A stretch of 63,113 nt of DNA, the filler included, from Choristocarpus tenellus KU-1152 (Eukaryota > Protista > Phaeophyceae), in NCBI GenBank assembly GCA_964200185.2. It is 10 parts of 10 records of this genome, joined end to end, with 100 filler letters (N's around TTAATTAATTAA, not from the genome) between each part and the next. Parts side by side here need not be neighbours in the genome. Positions count along the whole stretch, not along the records: positions 1 to 2,503 come from CAXNAD020027268.1; positions 2,604 to 8,221 come from CAXNAD020010233.1; positions 8,322 to 15,338 come from CAXNAD020006852.1; 7 more parts are not named here. One strand, written 5' to 3'. Below, piece after piece: positions 1-13,682 of the stretch. Under the pieces are notes generated by a model that was not told the origin of the DNA, ran no database searches, and was given only the letters and a program-made list of their open reading frames with translations. Every line of letters begins with the position of its first letter. Position 1 is the first letter of the stretch. The position numbers and the translations under genes are program-made.

Positions 1-2350
1 GTTGCAAGGGTACTAGAGTTCTTCTTTCGCTGCTGATTCCCCCCACCCCCGCCTCCCCTCCCCCCACCCCCGCCGCTACCTCCATCCTGGGCATCCACAT
101 TCTCGGCAAATGCATCAGCCAACTGCAGGAGAACAAAATATTTTTTGTTTCTTTAAAAATCACATGTAAGGGAAACAAAAAATAAAAATAAAATAAAAAT
201 AATATATACATATATATATATATGTATATGTATGACAAAAAAATATAACGGGTTTGTTGAAATTGTTAACACAATGCCAACTATCAGAGTGCAGTACAAA
301 CAATAAAGATCCACATTACACTACAATTACACTACAGTTACACCAAAAAAAGGATTGAATCTCAGTCACAGTTCTTCTGGATGATCAAGTAGACTCGCTC
401 TCAATCAATAGTAATGCCATCCAGGACAAGAGCAAAACCGAAAAGGAATATAGTGGGATGCCATCACTAATCAAAAACTTCCAACAGGGAGTTTACATGT
501 CCAGGGATAGTAGAGTAGCAATACCTCAAACTACTCTACAACCGAAACACACAACAACCTCTGTACAAAGGTCTTAGACTGTTACCTTCACATCAAACTT
601 GTAACCCTGCAAAGAGTCTTTGACTGGTAAAACTGTATATACATCAAGCATTGGGAGTGGTGTTGACATAACTCAAAACAAGGTGCTAAAGCCAAGTAGT
701 ACAACTGTGGAAACCACTTTGTTTTTGTTTTTTTGTGGCTAGTTAGGTTTAGGGTTAGGGGAAGCCTCTGCATGAAGTGGAATGCAGCATAAGCAGCAGC
801 AGGAGCATCAGGAGGAGTATAGACACTGTGCCTTCCCTTGCCTGTCTTTTCAGTTTCATTTTGTCGAGCACCTCTCTGTCCAATCCGTCATTCATTTCAA
901 CATCATACTTGGAAAATCTACCTGTTATCATCCATTGCCTGCTTTGGTTGTTTCTTTACACAACACACACACACACACCATATTTGATTTAACTTGAGCA
1001 AAAATTGATTTTTTGGCTTCATGGCCCTGGCATCTCCTACAACCACGCCCAAAGAAGTCGGGTGTTCTTATCCCCCTAACCCTAATCCTTAGACCCACAA
1101 CACCAATAAAGATACACCTAACTGCCCAATCAATACATCTGCATTGACCAATCAGCACTAACAGTTACATCAAACAGTTACATCTTAAAAAAAGAAGACG
1201 CACCTTGTTGAACTTAATTAACAGTCCCATATGCAGCACTACTATATACTGCTTTAAATATTATGTAACTGTCTCTGTCTCACCTCTATTATTATTTAAT
1301 TTTAATTTTAAATTTCAGTACTGCAGTAAGAACAAAACACCTCCTAGGAAAGACATGGATATACTTGGATGCAAACAATAAAAAATACATAGGTATTAGT
1401 ATACAACAATAAAAATAAAATAATATTAACTTTTTTTATCACCATAAAATATTATTTTTTAACATCCCGTAAGAGAAAACAATCATACATAATATTTTTT
1501 TAAACACCATAAAACACATACATATCTTGATAAAAAAACACACACACAAACACAACCAAACGCTAAAAAAGAATGAACAGTTAAAATCACTCAACATTTT
1601 TTTTTACATTTTTTTTTAAACCACGCACACCAACAACACAAAACAAAATATAAAATCTCTTCTAATTATATCATCAACGCCATAAAAAATAATATCTTCC
1701 AAAAAAGAGTACGATCTTCAAATAAGAAAAAACAAAAGTAGAGACAGGTGATCCACACCCCACATTGGACTATGCACATCACCTCAAAAAAGGGACTCAC
1801 AAAATCAGACACCAACACATAAACAGACCTTAAAACAAAAACAGTCAATGAAATAAAAGGGCAGAGAGGTTGTTGGATGTTGACGTTGAAAGAAAATGTA
1901 CTTTAGTTTTCAAATCACAAGACACAGATGTCGTCGAGTTCTACATTAGACCAAGGAACATACACACCTACACATACAACCCTAACCCTAACCCTAACCC
2001 TAACCCTAACATACCTACACACCACGTACGTAGCACCTGCACAAAAAAAAAACTCAATTTTTTTTTTATTATTTCTACGAACAACACCAATAAAATATAT
2101 GAAATATTTTGATAAATAATAAAATATATGAACTATTTTGCACTGAAGAAAAATTCCCTCCACTCACCAGTGGCAACCTGCTGGAGGCAAGGAGCACCCT
2201 ACAGGCCTCCCCCACAGTATCCCTATTCTTGTCCATGAACCCCTGCCCATCATACGTGACCCTCCCTGCATAGTGCACCACCGTAAACTCAAACGGACCG
2301 GCGAGCTTACCACGCATGAATGCAGGGTGGTCACTGTGTAGTGTAGCCAG
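1..2350 (-). CDS. Myosin heavy chain, motor-domain fragment (2 exons; partial gene)
   Basis: Exon 2168-2350 reads LATLHSDHPAF...FTVVHYAGRVTYDGQGFMDKNRD..., the HYAG-V-Y...F-KN-D myosin motif, with AG and GTGAG boundaries. Exon 1-122 reads LADAFAEN...GGG...RKKNSSTLAT, a Gly/Lys-rich loop 2, and joins in phase 0. Confidence 0.9.
1978..2010 (-). repeat. Interstitial telomere-type repeat (CCCTAA)5 in the myosin intron
   Basis: aaccctaaccctaaccctaaccctaaccctaac read directly. Confidence 0.9.
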
Positions 2351-2360
2351 CTGTTGTCAT

Positions 2361-2403
<43 letters not shown>

Positions 2404-2503
2404 AGTTGGTCAGGGGGGGGGGGGGGGGGGGGGGGGGGGGGAGAAAATAACAAAAAAAAGAAAAAAAAAAAAAAAAAAAAAAAAAAAAACAAAAAATAAA
2501 AAA

Positions 2504-2603
2504 NNNNNNNNNNNNNNNNNNNNNNNNNNNNNNNNNNNNNNNNNNNNTTAATTAATTAANNNNNNNNNNNNNNNNNNNNNNNNNNNNNNNNNNNNNNNNN
2601 NNN
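2504..2603. other. Artificial contig spacer (44 N + TTAATTAATTAA + 44 N). The same spacer occurs at 8222-8321, 15339-15438, 18285-18384, 24671-24770, 27922-28021, 34079-34178, 45033-45132 and 52386-52485
   Basis: Identical 100-bp structure at nine sites; the 12-mer gives stops in all six frames. Confidence 0.99.
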
Positions 2604-2639
2604 GCAAAACAACGTTCCTCATAGTCCCGCTCCTCCCTC

Positions 2640-4600
2640 AATTTTGCGAATCCCCTGTTATATGATGGCCTTGAGACCTATATAACGATTACCCGCCCAA
2701 AAATTGAGCCCACCCCTTCAGGTGGGTCAGTGTGAAAAATGCCCTCTCGAGATATCACTACAAATGTAATCCATACCGCTTTGAGACAACCCTGGTGGAA
2801 AGTGTCGTGCCCAACAAGTCCCAAACGAACAACACACTTGCTGGTGACCAAATTGCTTCACACTACATGTGACTACCTACTTGACACCTGACCTGCTTGA
2901 TCCCTAACAAACAATTTGTATAACACACTCTGTCAGTGAATGTTGGCCACAAAGTGAAGATACAGAACATACAGATAAAACCTTCTAGGAAACAACATGC
3001 CTACTGCACTTCAGCACCTTCACAATCTGGCACGGTGCTATCATCTAAGCCATCATCCGACAAAAGACGTAAGCATTTGCAAGGCACCCAATCTTCTTAC
3101 TACTGGTTAAGGCCAGAAAGATGTCTCGACTCTTCAACATCACCCACTTCAATAAAATTATTATTTGGGGACCCATTGCTGTAGGCACTCTTCTCCCGTA
3201 GCAGCTGGCAGTGAGATTAATTGGGGGGGACTCTTCTTGGTGTAGCTAAGTACTCCAGTACATACACTAAACCTCACTTCTGATCTCTCTCTGACCCTTT
3301 GCTCAGAACCTTGATGACTTGCAAATATTGTATCTACAATGACCAATAAGGAGGGTTCCGTATTAGCATCTACGACTCGAAAAGACTCACAAATACAACC
3401 AAACTCTCATCGCACCCTATGCATCCGCTAGCATCCACCCATGACTGTCCAGCCTTCTAGTTGTGGGACTGCTGTAGTCCATGATGCCTTGGTTTCCTTC
3501 CCTGCCTTCCCCCCCTAATTGCGTAGCTAAAGAATACTAGTGAAGGGACATCGATTCGCTCTTCTTGGCCCCAACAATACAAAACAAACCAAGATATAGC
3601 GTAGAGGATCATATTTTGGGACATAACGTAAGGGCATACATGGAAGAAGGGGGAAAGCACATACAAAGACAGCGGGGAGGGACAGGAAGGAAGAGGCGAA
3701 AGGTACAACTGTATGATAGGGTGAGAGGGTGGTGGCTCCGTACATACTGAGGATGACAGTGTCAGTAGTTTGTAATAGTGACCAGGGGTGGGTCACTTTG
3801 GAGTCCATCGCACACATTTTCCACTAGACACCATTACATTTGTGGAATGGGATGGGTGGATTAATAGGACTGTGGATACAAACATTGTCCCTGATGCAAA
3901 GCATGGAACGAGTTGAAGCATGAAACACAATAGTAGTGGCCTCTTACTTCCCTCAAGTTGCCCTACTGACTTGGGATACAGTGGTGTTACTACTTGTTTT
4001 CCCCAACTATCACATAATGTTCTCAATCCCTGAAGCACTTTCAGTTTATCTCACAGCATTCTTACTCACTGTCCTGGGCTCAAGGTTGCAGACAAGCTGG
4101 AAGAGAGGAGAACTACAAAGCATCACCACAAACGACATGGCATGACATGAAGATTTGGGGATCCAGAGGCATTGCGGCCCATGGGCTGCAATGGAAATGC
4201 AATTTTGTGTTATGTCGGAGCACTTGATGTCCAGGAAGGTTGGCAAGGTCAGCACAGGTAATCTTGGGAAATTCAAGAGAGCGACCTTCATCTACTTTCG
4301 GCAGTGTTGGGCAGGGAGGATGCAATGCAGGAGCCAGTGTGGGATGCTTCCTAGCTTGCTGAGGACACAACATCTTGAGTACCAACAAGGTCAAGAGTGG
4401 GGAAGTCAAAGGTAAACTGTCAAGAAAGAGAGGGAGAGGGGGGGGCGATGTATAGAAGAGGGCTACCTTCTGTTCTCCCTTAGGTCTCTGGGACCGGCTG
4501 ATGAATTGAGAGCAATGGCAGATGCAAAGATCAACTGCTGATTGAAGGGTGGTAGGGACATTGGGACAGTGGCACACTTGTTGAAGGAAGTCAGGCCTAG
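2640..4600 (-). mobile_element. Degenerate Ty3/gypsy-like LTR retrotransposon relic (gag-protease-RT-RNase H, internally deleted)
   Basis: Reverse-complement similar to 5310-7090 in three blocks. Residual protease-like, RT-like and RNase H-like text with many stops; a gag-like P-TL-SAV segment lies upstream at about 4500. Confidence 0.5.
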
Positions 4601-5309
4601 GAAGCCAGAGTTATTGGTAGGGTTGGGAACAGGGTTGGTTAGGGGAATTTTGACCTCTGTCTCATCTCTTTGCTGGTGATGAGCATGCCATGGGTGTAGG
4701 GTCTTGGTGCTTGCATTGCTGAAAAGTGGGCGAAGTTCATCAGTGAGAGTGTTGCGTTAGTGTCAATGGAAATAGTCAGTGCCTTGACTACTGGCTGTTG
4801 ATGATTCTTTGTTGTGGAATATTTCTTCCTTGTTCCTTCTCGTTACAATACATTTGCCTCTTCTACTTTGGATTCTGCTTTGGTCTTCCTAGCCTTTTTT
4901 TTCTTTGCAACAGCTACAGCACACGTTGGTTGGGACTGTCGAATTTGTGTGTTTTCTCTTCACTGTTGATTGGCAGACATTGGCATAGGGGTCTTGGTGC
5001 TTCCGTTTCTGAGAAATGGGCAAGGTCCATCGGCGAGATTATTAGTTGCAGAGGCAGTATGAAGAGCTTGAGCCTTGGTAACTGCGGGTTGAGGTTTCTT
5101 GTATATCCTTTTCTGGTTCATTATTCCTGACAATTTTGTTCCTTCAGAAGACCATGCAGTAAATATATGTTTTGTTTTCCTCTTTTTTCATAGTTTGGTG
5201 CAGTCCTTTTTGTTCCTTCCAAAGGTCGTACAGCATATGTGAGTCTTGTTTTCCTCTCTTTGTCATAGTATGATGTTTTTCTGGCTCTTTGTTTCTTCCA
5301 AGTCCACAC

Positions 5310-7090
5310 TGCGTGTATACCCTTACTGTGTGTCCCACAATACAATGTTCTACGTTATACCTTGGTTTGTTATGTGTTGTTGGGGGCCAGGGAGAGCGAA
5401 TCGGTGTCCCATCACTAGTATCCATTAGTTATGAAGTTGTTTATGGAGGGAGAGGGGAAGGCAGGGAAGGAAACTAAGGCATCATGGGCTTCAGCAGTCC
5501 CACAACTAGGAGGCTGGACAGCCATGGGTGAATGCTAGCTGACCCATAGGGTACAATTAGAGTTTGTTGTATTTGTGATACCTTTGTAGTGGTAGATGCT
5601 GTGTCAAGAATGTGCTTCTTATTTTGGTGTAAAAGAAAATTCTGTAGAAGAATCAATCTAAGGATGAAGAGACAATGTATTTTGAAGAATAAAATATGTG
5701 TTTGGGTTCAACAAGTAGAACATGGAAGAGTTCAGGATTAGGAAGCAATGTAGGAAGTAATCTGTGATTAATCATTCACAGAATATCATTGATTTGGTGT
5801 CAAGGACCCCCTATTTGGGCTTGCACTCTTGCTCCTCCTTTCACCTTGCTTGCTTCATCCACAACCTGTTCTACACAATATGGAGACAATCGAGTCATTT
5901 ACATGAACAAGTCTTGGAACATCAATATCTTTAACTTGCTGCCATTTTGGGATTATCCTCCTTATTGGTTATTACAGGTATAATACTTGGCAGTTATCAA
6001 GGTTTGGAGCAAGGGGTCAGAGAGAGGACAGAAGTGAAGTGTAGTGTATGTACTGGAGAACTTAGCTACACCAAGGAGAGTTTACCACTGTTTACCTCAC
6101 TACCAGCCGCTACAGATGAAGGCTTTTACAGGTGAATAGCACAACTATTTCTTCCCGTACTCTCACCAGCGCGAACAGTGTACGCAAGTGTGGAACTCCT
6201 AATGAGGGAACTCTGATTTGCTAAATTTTGCAGAGTAAGATCTGCTACTTACGAATAACATAGTTTTCAGGTGTATTACGGTGTCTGTTAACTCGAAATG
6301 AATGCCTGTAAGAGACTTTCACCAAGCCGCTTTCTTTTAATCAATGAATCGTACATATATTTTGAATGAAAATATCCCTTAATCTGCTGACCTGATATTG
6401 ACCATCCTTGTTGGACCTTTTGACTCTCAGGGTATCCCAGAAGTCCTGTACAAGCACCAGTGCCATCTATAGGCCCGTGGATTGGGGCTATACATCCCGT
6501 GGAGGTAAGCTTTGGACTTTGCTGTAACAAGAGTGCTTATGGCAATAGATTACCAAGTATTTCTTCTCAAAATGGGTGATGTCCAGATATCTTTCTCACC
6601 TTGACAGTAGTAAGAAGAGTGGGTGCCCTGCAGTTGCTTATGTATTTGGTCTGAGGATGTCCTAGATGGTAGTAGTGTTATGAAGGTACTGAAGTGTAGT
6701 AGGCATGCTGGTTCCTAGAAGATTTCATTTACATGTTCTGTGTCTTGGCTTTGTTGCCAACATTTACACACAAAGTATATTGCACAAATTGTTGGGGGTT
6801 AAGCAGGTCACACATGTCAAGTAGGAGTCACCTGTAGTGTGAAGCAATTTGGTCCTGTGTCACCAGTAAGTGTATTGTTTGTTTGGAGGTAGTTGAGCAC
6901 GACCCCTTTCACCAGAGTTGTCTAGAAGTAGTACACATTACCTCCAAGTGTATTGGTAGTACAATATTTTTACAGCATTTTTGAGATAGAGACAGATCAG
7001 ACAAAGTGTGACACACCTGAAGGGATGGGCTCCATTTGTGGGTGGGTGATCGTTATGTAGCTCCCAGGGTCATAACACACCATCGATATA
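5310..7090 (+). mobile_element. Degenerate Ty3/gypsy-like pol relic (PR-RT-RH order)
   Basis: Broken motifs in pol order: IMGF...FVVVD (protease); DRSEV*CMYWR...LPL (like DG-R-C-DYR-LN...YPLP); VSFG; EGMGSICGW (like GRLARW). Multiple stops and frameshifts. Confidence 0.5.
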
Positions 7091-9299
7091 ATTTTGAGGT
7101 ACGGAATTTGGATGGAGTACAGGTCATCCACTGGTAAGAGGTCTGTGGTCAGGGTTCAGTGCTTAACTGGCGGAAGTAGAGGAAGTATGTAGAGTAAGAG
7201 CTACTATACCCTTGTTGTTATCCGGAGTATGAACAAATAGAGTAATATGAGGCAGATGAAGCGCTAGGACCAAGGATGATAGGTATTAGATTGTATGCTG
7301 TATGATAGTGTGAGAGACAGGGTGGGGGGGACTTCGACCATAATACTCTGGTTAATACTCACAAGCATATTATCTTACCAAATGATCGAACACTGGACCA
7401 TTACTCTCCATTTACACAGAGTCAAAGGCTCTCGAAGCAGGTCAAGATTATCCATGCAGTTCGAATAGTGTCATCTTTCTTTGCCACAAGGAGCCGATGA
7501 GCCAAGTTCTTACAAAGGGCTTATATTTGTCATGCTGGACGACTGTGTCTTGCATATGGAGCTGACAGTTGACCATCCATAGGTGGTGGGCCGAACGTAT
7601 TTCTTGGACTTGCTATTACTAGACGCGATTTGGTGGATGGATATCTGTAACTATCGTCACTACGCCTCCCTTCCCTCCTACGACTAGAAATGCATTCTCG
7701 TATCGTCCTCTTCATGAAAGATGTCCGCATGTAAATAATTTGATGTCTAGGGGGATTTGAACTTACGAAATCGATGCAGGAAGTAGGATTTTTCGTTCCA
7801 ACACTTTCTACAGAAATGATTGAGGAATTGATGGGTTCGAGCTCACGAAATTGATTGACATAATCAAAAGGTTGGATATATTACTCCATATGATCTGTCT
7901 GTGGGTAAACGAGTTAAAATTTTCTGGAGTACAAAATGATATGGAACTATTCACTAGTGCCATTAACGTTTCCCTTATAGTGGACACTCAAGGCTCAACA
8001 AGCTCAGTGTGGAGACTATTTCAACTATTTGGCTAAACCAGAAGAAGCCCTTTTACCAAAGAATGAAACCATGTCCTACTTTCTCTCCCAAGAGATATTA
8101 ATCAGTTGATGTACAAAGCTCATCTACAGTCACCTTCAAAAAATGAAAAATTCCGAGAGCAATTAGTGGTGCCCACTGAGGTACAATTTCGTACCAGGGT
8201 CAAAGTATCTGGGGGGAGGGGNNNNNNNNNNNNNNNNNNNNNNNNNNNNNNNNNNNNNNNNNNNNTTAATTAATTAANNNNNNNNNNNNNNNNNNNNNNN
8301 NNNNNNNNNNNNNNNNNNNNNGTCAAAGATAGGGTGAGGGTTAGGGCAGGGGGAAGCACACTACCAAGGGTGGGGACAAAAAAGGTTTGTATGGGCCTGG
8401 AATCATCTTCCGTAGGTTTGAATTGTTGAGGTGAGAGAGGTGATGGGTCATACCACACACTTGGATTTTCACAATATTGAAGGTAGAGGTCAGAGGTCAG
8501 TGCTGCTTTGGAGCAGTTGACACTGCAATCACAACACTATAGCTAGAGATAGTAGCCTAGGGAGGATGCTGGATTTGTGTTGACGATTGTACAATATTGT
8601 GTAACCTAAGGCATCACAGTAAGAACAATATGGAGATCATTTGTTGCACCCATTACAGTTTCAACACTCGCCTATTGCTTGCCAGCAGAGCCCAGTCACT
8701 ATCCCTCAACACTCCAATCAAAGCCTTCGTGTTCAAAATACTCAGAACAGCTTCGCCATGTGAAGCTGCACAGACCTAGTTGATAGCTAAATCCCTACAA
8801 TTATGTTCCTCCAATATAAGAAGAAACTACTTTGCCTCCAATGAGAGTACGAAACCCCTCCTCACCTGAAGCTGAGCCAGCATCTCTGTCTCCCAGCCAC
8901 GAGCATATGTTTCGGAGTCTTCCGCCGAGGAGCCAGAACCGTGGGGACCAGGCGGAAGCTCCGGTTGGAGCTCAATCAGGTTGCACTTTCCTTGAACGAG
9001 AGCTCTGCATCACGAGGGCAGGGAAGGTACCAGAGCCATGCCAACATTGAGAGGAGGGGATATAGTACGAAGCTCGACACTTCGACCAATTGAACAACCT
9101 GATTTCTACACCCCACAGCTCCTCCTGCCATCTAGAATTCGACATTAGTCACCAAGAGGAGGGTGTTGATGGTGGGGGTCCAGGAGGGAGAAGCACACAG
9201 TTGAAAGTGGATGTGCGCGATAGTGAAGGAGTCCTGTAGGTTCGAAGTGAGCCTATGGAAATAGAACGGTTTCTCCAGTGAGTTCATACCAACATATTA

Positions 9300-11300
9300 T
9301 CCCTCTTCTAAGCTTGGACAGGGTGCTTGTTCCGTAATTAGCGCAACAAAACCAAGTGTTCGAATGCACTGAAAGAGAAAGAGCAAGCGTTGGCGATCAT
9401 CGATTAACTTGCCGGGCCAGAATACGCAATGACGCAGGATGCTAGTCGATTCTCTATCCAAATCTTGCGCATTATTTCTCAGCATACGTGCAGCCAACAG
9501 CTCAACCACAGCTCATAATCAACTACAGGATCATGCTCTTTTTTTTTTTAATGAGGTCACAACACAGTCACCTCACGACGAAGGGGCACTTGAAGCCACA
9601 GAAGCACCCCTAGCGAATTTTGCACATCTGTAGGAGTCGGATATAAGAACGGTCTCCTGGAACTGGTCATCGAATACAACACATAACACAGAGTGTCCCA
9701 AAGCAGTTCCAAATGACCTCGCCTTTGGAGTTGGTGCATCGCAACCAGAGATAGTACCGAAAAAGCGGCACTGAGACACGCACAACTTTAACCAAACCCA
9801 TCCTTCAGCCGTAATATCACGGAAACTACCAACCTCGAGAGGTCAGGGCTCCTGTCGGGAGAAGAACCCATCCACGGACTGCCAAATCCCACTCGCGACA
9901 CCTCCAACGCCGTGCCTGGGAAGGGCGTGGTACTAGAGATGGACAGTCTCTGCCGACTGCAGCTCTGCACATGACCAAAAGACGCTTTTACCGTTTTGCC
10001 AAGAACCAGCCAATGCTTCCATGATCTACCCCTCAGAGGACTAGTTGTTGCTAGCATCTTTTGGGTAATGTTGGTCGACCTTCACGTTGATTTTGAAATC
10101 ATCAAATGGAAATAGAAAATAGGGATGGAGATATGTGGCTCCAGGGCAAGTTAGCTTGCCCTAGGGCTACGAACAGGCTTCGAAACTAGTGGAACTCCTC
10201 GTCATACTTTCCCAAACACATCCTTCCTGTCATTACAGGGAAACATGACTCTTACATTGAGCAGTAGACGCCGACCCCCTACAACTCTTCTTGGTGAATT
10301 TATCTTATACCTGACGTTTCTTATAGGCCCGAGTGAGTCGTGGTTGTATACAAACTTTCACTCGCGGAGAGGACTCCAGTGGGATACGAAGACACCAAGA
10401 TGTCGGAGACCTTCAGCCAGGTCGAATAGGATGACGCCTGAATGTACATGGAAGGAGGAAAATGTGGAGATGGAAGAAAGGCCTCACACACGTCCTTGGA
10501 AGCACAAGGCTGTTATCATTCCTGGGCAAGTGCAATCTCGAATCCGGTAGTCCTTACTCTGCTCGTAGTATTCGTCGGTATCCTTGCATTGAAACATGCA
10601 CCAATGTTGGGTCGGGGTTGAACCCACTTATGTAGTAGATGATTTTTTTCTTTTATATACCAACACCGCTTCATAGGCAGAGAAAGGTGACAGCCAATCC
10701 TGAATCTTTCATAGTGCGTAGTAGATGGTGTATTTGGACAAAAACCACACTGGTAGAGCATTTCTAACGATGTATTCGTGGGATGGGGCAATAGCTATCG
10801 TTATATACCCCGTGATTAATGATCGTCGTTAAGATATTCTCTAGGTAATATGATTTACTTCAAGACTGTCAAGAGATGCTTCCGCTTTCCATTAACCGCA
10901 TGAGGCGCTATATACCAAGATCAATATTTCGTGAGAGCGAGGGTAAGTTGAACTTGAATTCTAATTGACTGACTGGACAGTTAGGCAATGTAAACTATTA
11001 CCTCGCCCGCTGACATATGTCTTGGCCAAATAGGAAGACCTTCCATAATAGGACCTGAAGAGCCCAACTATTTTACTGACTTGCCACTGCCCATCAAAGT
11101 CAGATTGACTTGTCCATTGGACCCATGAACCTCCCCCCCCTCCAGATTTGCGACAGATGCCCGTGCCTTTGAGAAGTTTTGTCATCGTCTCACTCGTCGG
11201 GGGGTGGCCAGCGTGGTGGTCCCTATCCGATGGTATCACTGGATTCCCACCTTGGGAGGCCGAAGTGTCAGGCCCATCCTCGACAGGGTGCATGAAACTG
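9300..11300 (-). mobile_element. Highly degenerate non-LTR (LINE) retrotransposon relic
   Basis: Fragmentary RT-like text (LEMLYQCGF, GLRHLGVFVSHWSP) and C-terminal W..IW-like text, all interrupted by stops. Recognised by eye only. Confidence 0.35.
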
Positions 11301-11599
11301 TCATCAGGTCAGTAACGAGTGTGTGTTGAAGTTGGAAATGAGGTTTGGTATGGACAGGAAAAGAGCGGTTGGTTACTGACATGTGGATGATCACCTCTAG
11401 CTGGGGTGTAAGAGTTGTTGAAGTATCCCACACAGGACTCCGTACTAAATGTGATGTGTAGTGCGACTTGTTCGAGGACAATAAGTTTGACTTGGAGTTA
11501 ATGTATATGTATTACTGTTATGAGATGAACTCTGGCCTGGGTTTCTTTTGCTGACCTTTTAAGGTTTACACCTAACAACACCATTTGCTTTTCCTTTAG

Positions 11600-12800
11600 T
11601 GTAGAGTTTGGATTTGTCCACTCTACCTAACAACAGCTTACTTGTCTTCAGTATCACAAGCACATCTAGAACGAAATACTAATAGCTGTACATCAAGCAG
11701 CCAAGTCACCTGGTACACAATGTCATACATGAGATCGGCAAACAGAATGATCTTACGACACAATGATACATTTGTAGGCACATCACTGGCTCCACATTTT
11801 TGTCTACTCCACCAGTGGTATCCATAGTGTGTTGGCTGCAATGTCTATGAACAAGATTAGCTCCTCCACACACACAATGCACATCATTTGGATTTCCACT
11901 TGAAATGCTTATTACTTTGGTGCTAGAACTACCCAGCTGGCATCTTAGATGTGGAAGCTTTCTTCATGCATCAAGAATGACAATATCAGGGTATGTGCTC
12001 AATCCTACCCTTTAGGCAGCAGCACACACACATCTATATGGCTGAAAAGGCTTGGAATGAGCCCCACAAGCAATGCCTTGCTCACTTCATGCCAAATGTT
12101 CTACTTGATCAACTCCTTTCTCACTGCCATACTCAATTTGGAATGATGCCTTAGTTTAAAGACGTGTCTGCACTACCGCTGTGATTGTGGTCGTCACGCC
12201 TTGTATATTGTCCCCATGTGCCACTGTTATGCTGCCATGTGCCTATTCTGAATCGGCGACTGAGAGCATGTGTTCAAGACTCCCCATGCATTAATTATTC
12301 ATTTTCAAGGTCGGTGTGCTCCATCCTAGCAGAATGCCTTCAACAGGCTCGCAATTTTAGTGCCCTAGTTTCACATCTACATGGCATTATTTTCTTTCTT
12401 TTTGGCCTTCAGTGCCTTTGTACACCTTGACACCATGATTTATTATACAACATCATATCTGTCTTCTGTCCAAATTTGAACTCACTAAGTAATGGACCCT
12501 CATCCACCACCAACACTCTGGCTTCGATGACTACTGTCACCAACCTTAGACAGTCACAGTGCTCATTCACTAATTGTACCTTTGCAACCTCCGAGAGGAA
12601 GGACGTACCTCAAGCTCTTTCCAGGTTGTTGATCTCCCTGGCACAGTCTGAGTGTGCAAAATGCTTCCTCCCCTGAAAACACACAGTGCCTGGATGCAGG
12701 CATCAATGTGCATATTGTTTTTAGGTCCACGAGCAGTATATGTACACTTGAGGTCTCCCACATTACTCAGCATCTATTTTATTAGTACTCCATTCTTCAG
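11600..12800 (-). mobile_element. Possible second LINE/RT relic
   Basis: HILLVDLK (like LFVDLKKAYD) at about 12730 and IILFAD at about 11745. Spacing is imperfect. Confidence 0.25.
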
Positions 12801-12888
12801 TTGCAGCTTTCTGTACCTTTATGGTGCCAATTTTGAACGGATAAAGGGTCCGCCAGGTAACTAACCCTCCAAGGCACACAGAAGTGTA

Positions 12889-12921
<33 letters not shown>

Positions 12922-13505
12922 AGAAGTGTATATTATTGCCTTGTAGACAAGAGCTCTACGAGTGTGTGTGCCTGGGAATGTTGAAGTAACGTCTCCCGAG
13001 CAAGAGGGGATCCCCTGACTGGAGCCCTGACGAAGGATTGATCATCCACAAGCTCAATCACTGTTTGTAAGTTGAAAGTTCAAGTAGTGCAAAGGCACCT
13101 GTGGATAAACCGGCTGCCATATCCTCCTCTGCTTTACATATCTCAGTGTATCCTAACCCTAGGGTAATCTTGAGGAAGGATCGATTGTCTCCAGTCGACC
13201 TATCCTTATGTAGGGTTCGGGGTTTCATTGGAGTATGATTTAATGGAGTAAGATGTTACATGCAATCGCATTGTGCTGAGATGGACGAGGGAGAGGGGGT
13301 ATATCCCTTTGGGTGATAATTGAAAAGCATAAAGTCCGCCACCGTTTTCAGTTACTGGAGGTATTGACAAGAAAAAAACTGTGCCCGTGCTTATATTTTT
13401 GGTGGCTGATTTTGCCTTCCATGTTGGAACCGAGAAGCTGGCCGTATGTATGTCTACTGGAAAGGTACCCTTAGGCCGTGTCATAGCTGGGGGGTATTGT
13501 ACACC

Positions 13506-13682
13506 GCGGACGTGAGGAAGGACTTGTCAGCCGATTGGAGCTCAAATATATATATATACTGATTGGTGAAGTCAATGTCCTTAGTTTGCTCCTACACCAA
13601 TGGCAGGCGGTCATTCCACTGACCATGTAACCCGTTACTTATTTTTACTTCTGGTTTCTGACAAGTCCTTCCTCGCGTCCAC
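13506..13682. mobile_element. Small MITE-like element with 25-bp terminal inverted repeats
   Basis: gcggacgtgaggaaggacttgtcag (13506-13530) and ctgacaagtccttcctcgcgtccac (13658-13682) are 23/25 complementary. The repeat may extend to GGGGG/CCCCC at 13489 and 13689. Confidence 0.65.

Noticed and set aside
2548-2559. TTAATTAATTAA palindrome repeated nine times
   Set aside because: Artificial linker inside N spacers. It also means the gene order across contigs is not a biological cluster.
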